Below are positions 62,922 through 64,000 of a DNA stretch of 64,000 nt, in pieces (the first letter of the stretch is position 1; each line of letters begins with the position of its first letter). A program made the translations under genes and the position numbers. The DNA comes from Macrostomum lignano (lineage: Eukaryota), in assembly GCA_002269645.1 (NCBI GenBank), contig NIVC01000040.1:558001-622000 (forward strand), written 5' to 3'. The notes beneath the pieces are model-generated. The model did not search any database. It worked only from the letters and a program-made list of their open reading frames with translations, and was not told the DNA's origin.

Positions 62922-63230
62922 CATAGGTCGGCAAACTCCGGCCCGTGGGCCACATGTGGCCCGCAGATCTAGAGCATCCCTATCTGGCCCTCGGGTCCTT
63001 TGAAACTTCACAATAGCCATCCGACCCGCGATCTATGTTTATATCACTTCTTAGCACTCTTCTCTCTAATCTCCTCTCGTCTCTCTCCTCTTCTCTCCAC
63101 TCCTTTCATCTACTTTATTTATTTACTCGCCTCTCCCTCTTATCTCCCTTCTCTCTTCGCTATTCTCTCTCCTCTCTCTCCCCTTCTCCAGCCATTCAGC
63201 CATTCTCTAGGTTCTCTACTTGACCCTTGA
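62922..63230 (+). mobile_element. hAT/Charlie-like element left end
   Basis: CATAGGTCGGCAAACTCCGGCCCGTGGGCCACATGTGGCCCG is typical of Charlie-type termini; followed by a CT-rich tract. The right end was not identified. Confidence 0.6.
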
Positions 63231-64000
63231 AGTGAAACGCCGAATCCAGCTATAAGTGCTTTTTCTTAAAGGAATTTAATGAAGAGTAATTAGAATCATG
63301 CCATAAAAGTGCTAATTTGCCATATGTCGGTTGCATGTACGTCGTTACGTTGGCGAACGTTGATTGTTGTACAGCCTCGATGCAGCTCTCTCAGATCGGC
63401 GGGGCTTTGTCAGCGGCATGATGGCGGATGACCGTCCGTGCTTTTCAGAAAGTTCCGCTGTTGGCCTGAGCGCTCCAAATCCTACCCGTTCCAATAGCCT
63501 TGTACAGCAAAACCCTTAAGTGGCCGCTGCCGATGAGGTTTGCGGAGACTCGGCAATAGTCTGCAGAGCCAGCCCGGCTTAAGAACCTCCAACTGTTTGA
63601 CGAAGACTCGAAGCAGCTGCTGCACGTTGCAAGTAGTGGGCTGGAAGTACGCAGCTAGAGATGAAGATCGGATGAATGTCGCGGCTTGCTGCCTTCAGCA
63701 GTTCGCAATGTGGCGCAACAAAAGCAAAGTAAATGGCGATCTGGAATGAAGGACCAGTTCTGGCGTAACCACAAATCATTTACAAGGACGACTTAAGTCG
63801 TCCTTGATCATTTATTTAAACTCAAGCAAATTTGAGATGCATTTAAACATTTTAACAAAGGCACAACAAAAGCATTGTATCTATCTTGTAATGATGAATA
63901 ATGATAAGCTACTATAATCAAGTTGCACTCTTTTAAGTCTTGATAATTTTGTGGCTTTATTTTCATGTTTTTCTTGACAACAACGTTGACGCTCGGGTAG

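Overview
Eukaryotic (animal) genomic DNA: GC-rich, poly-Q/A/S-rich exons are separated by GT-AG introns that are mostly filled by minisatellites. This style, plus TTAGGG repeats, suggests a free-living flatworm such as Macrostomum lignano (inference only). Four conserved genes lie co-oriented on the minus strand and were reconstructed exon by exon with splice-phase checks: (1) a 12-exon BAZ1B/WSTF-type ISWI partner (WAC-DDT-WHIM-PHD-PHD-bromo, 1731 aa); (2) a CUX-derived gene with a short coiled coil, a single CUT domain and a divergent His50 homeodomain (about 346 aa); (3) a type I DnaJ (DNAJA, 412 aa, CaaX end, heat-shock element upstream); (4) a USF-like bHLH-Zip factor (326 aa). A putative 4-exon orphan gene lies on the plus strand (52.3-56.3 kb). 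The remainder is repeats: more than 20 minisatellites, several built around transcription-factor motifs (E-box, CCAAT+GATA), and a 4.3-kb satellite with a 181-bp higher-order repeat inside a 6-kb segment bounded by 245-bp direct repeats. There are also hAT-like MITEs, a tRNA-derived SINE, and a decayed RTE-type LINE interrupted by an EnSpm/CACTA-like element with a 2-bp TSD. No CRISPR, rRNA or canonical tRNA genes were found. Similarities to human proteins are recalled from memory and need alignment to confirm.
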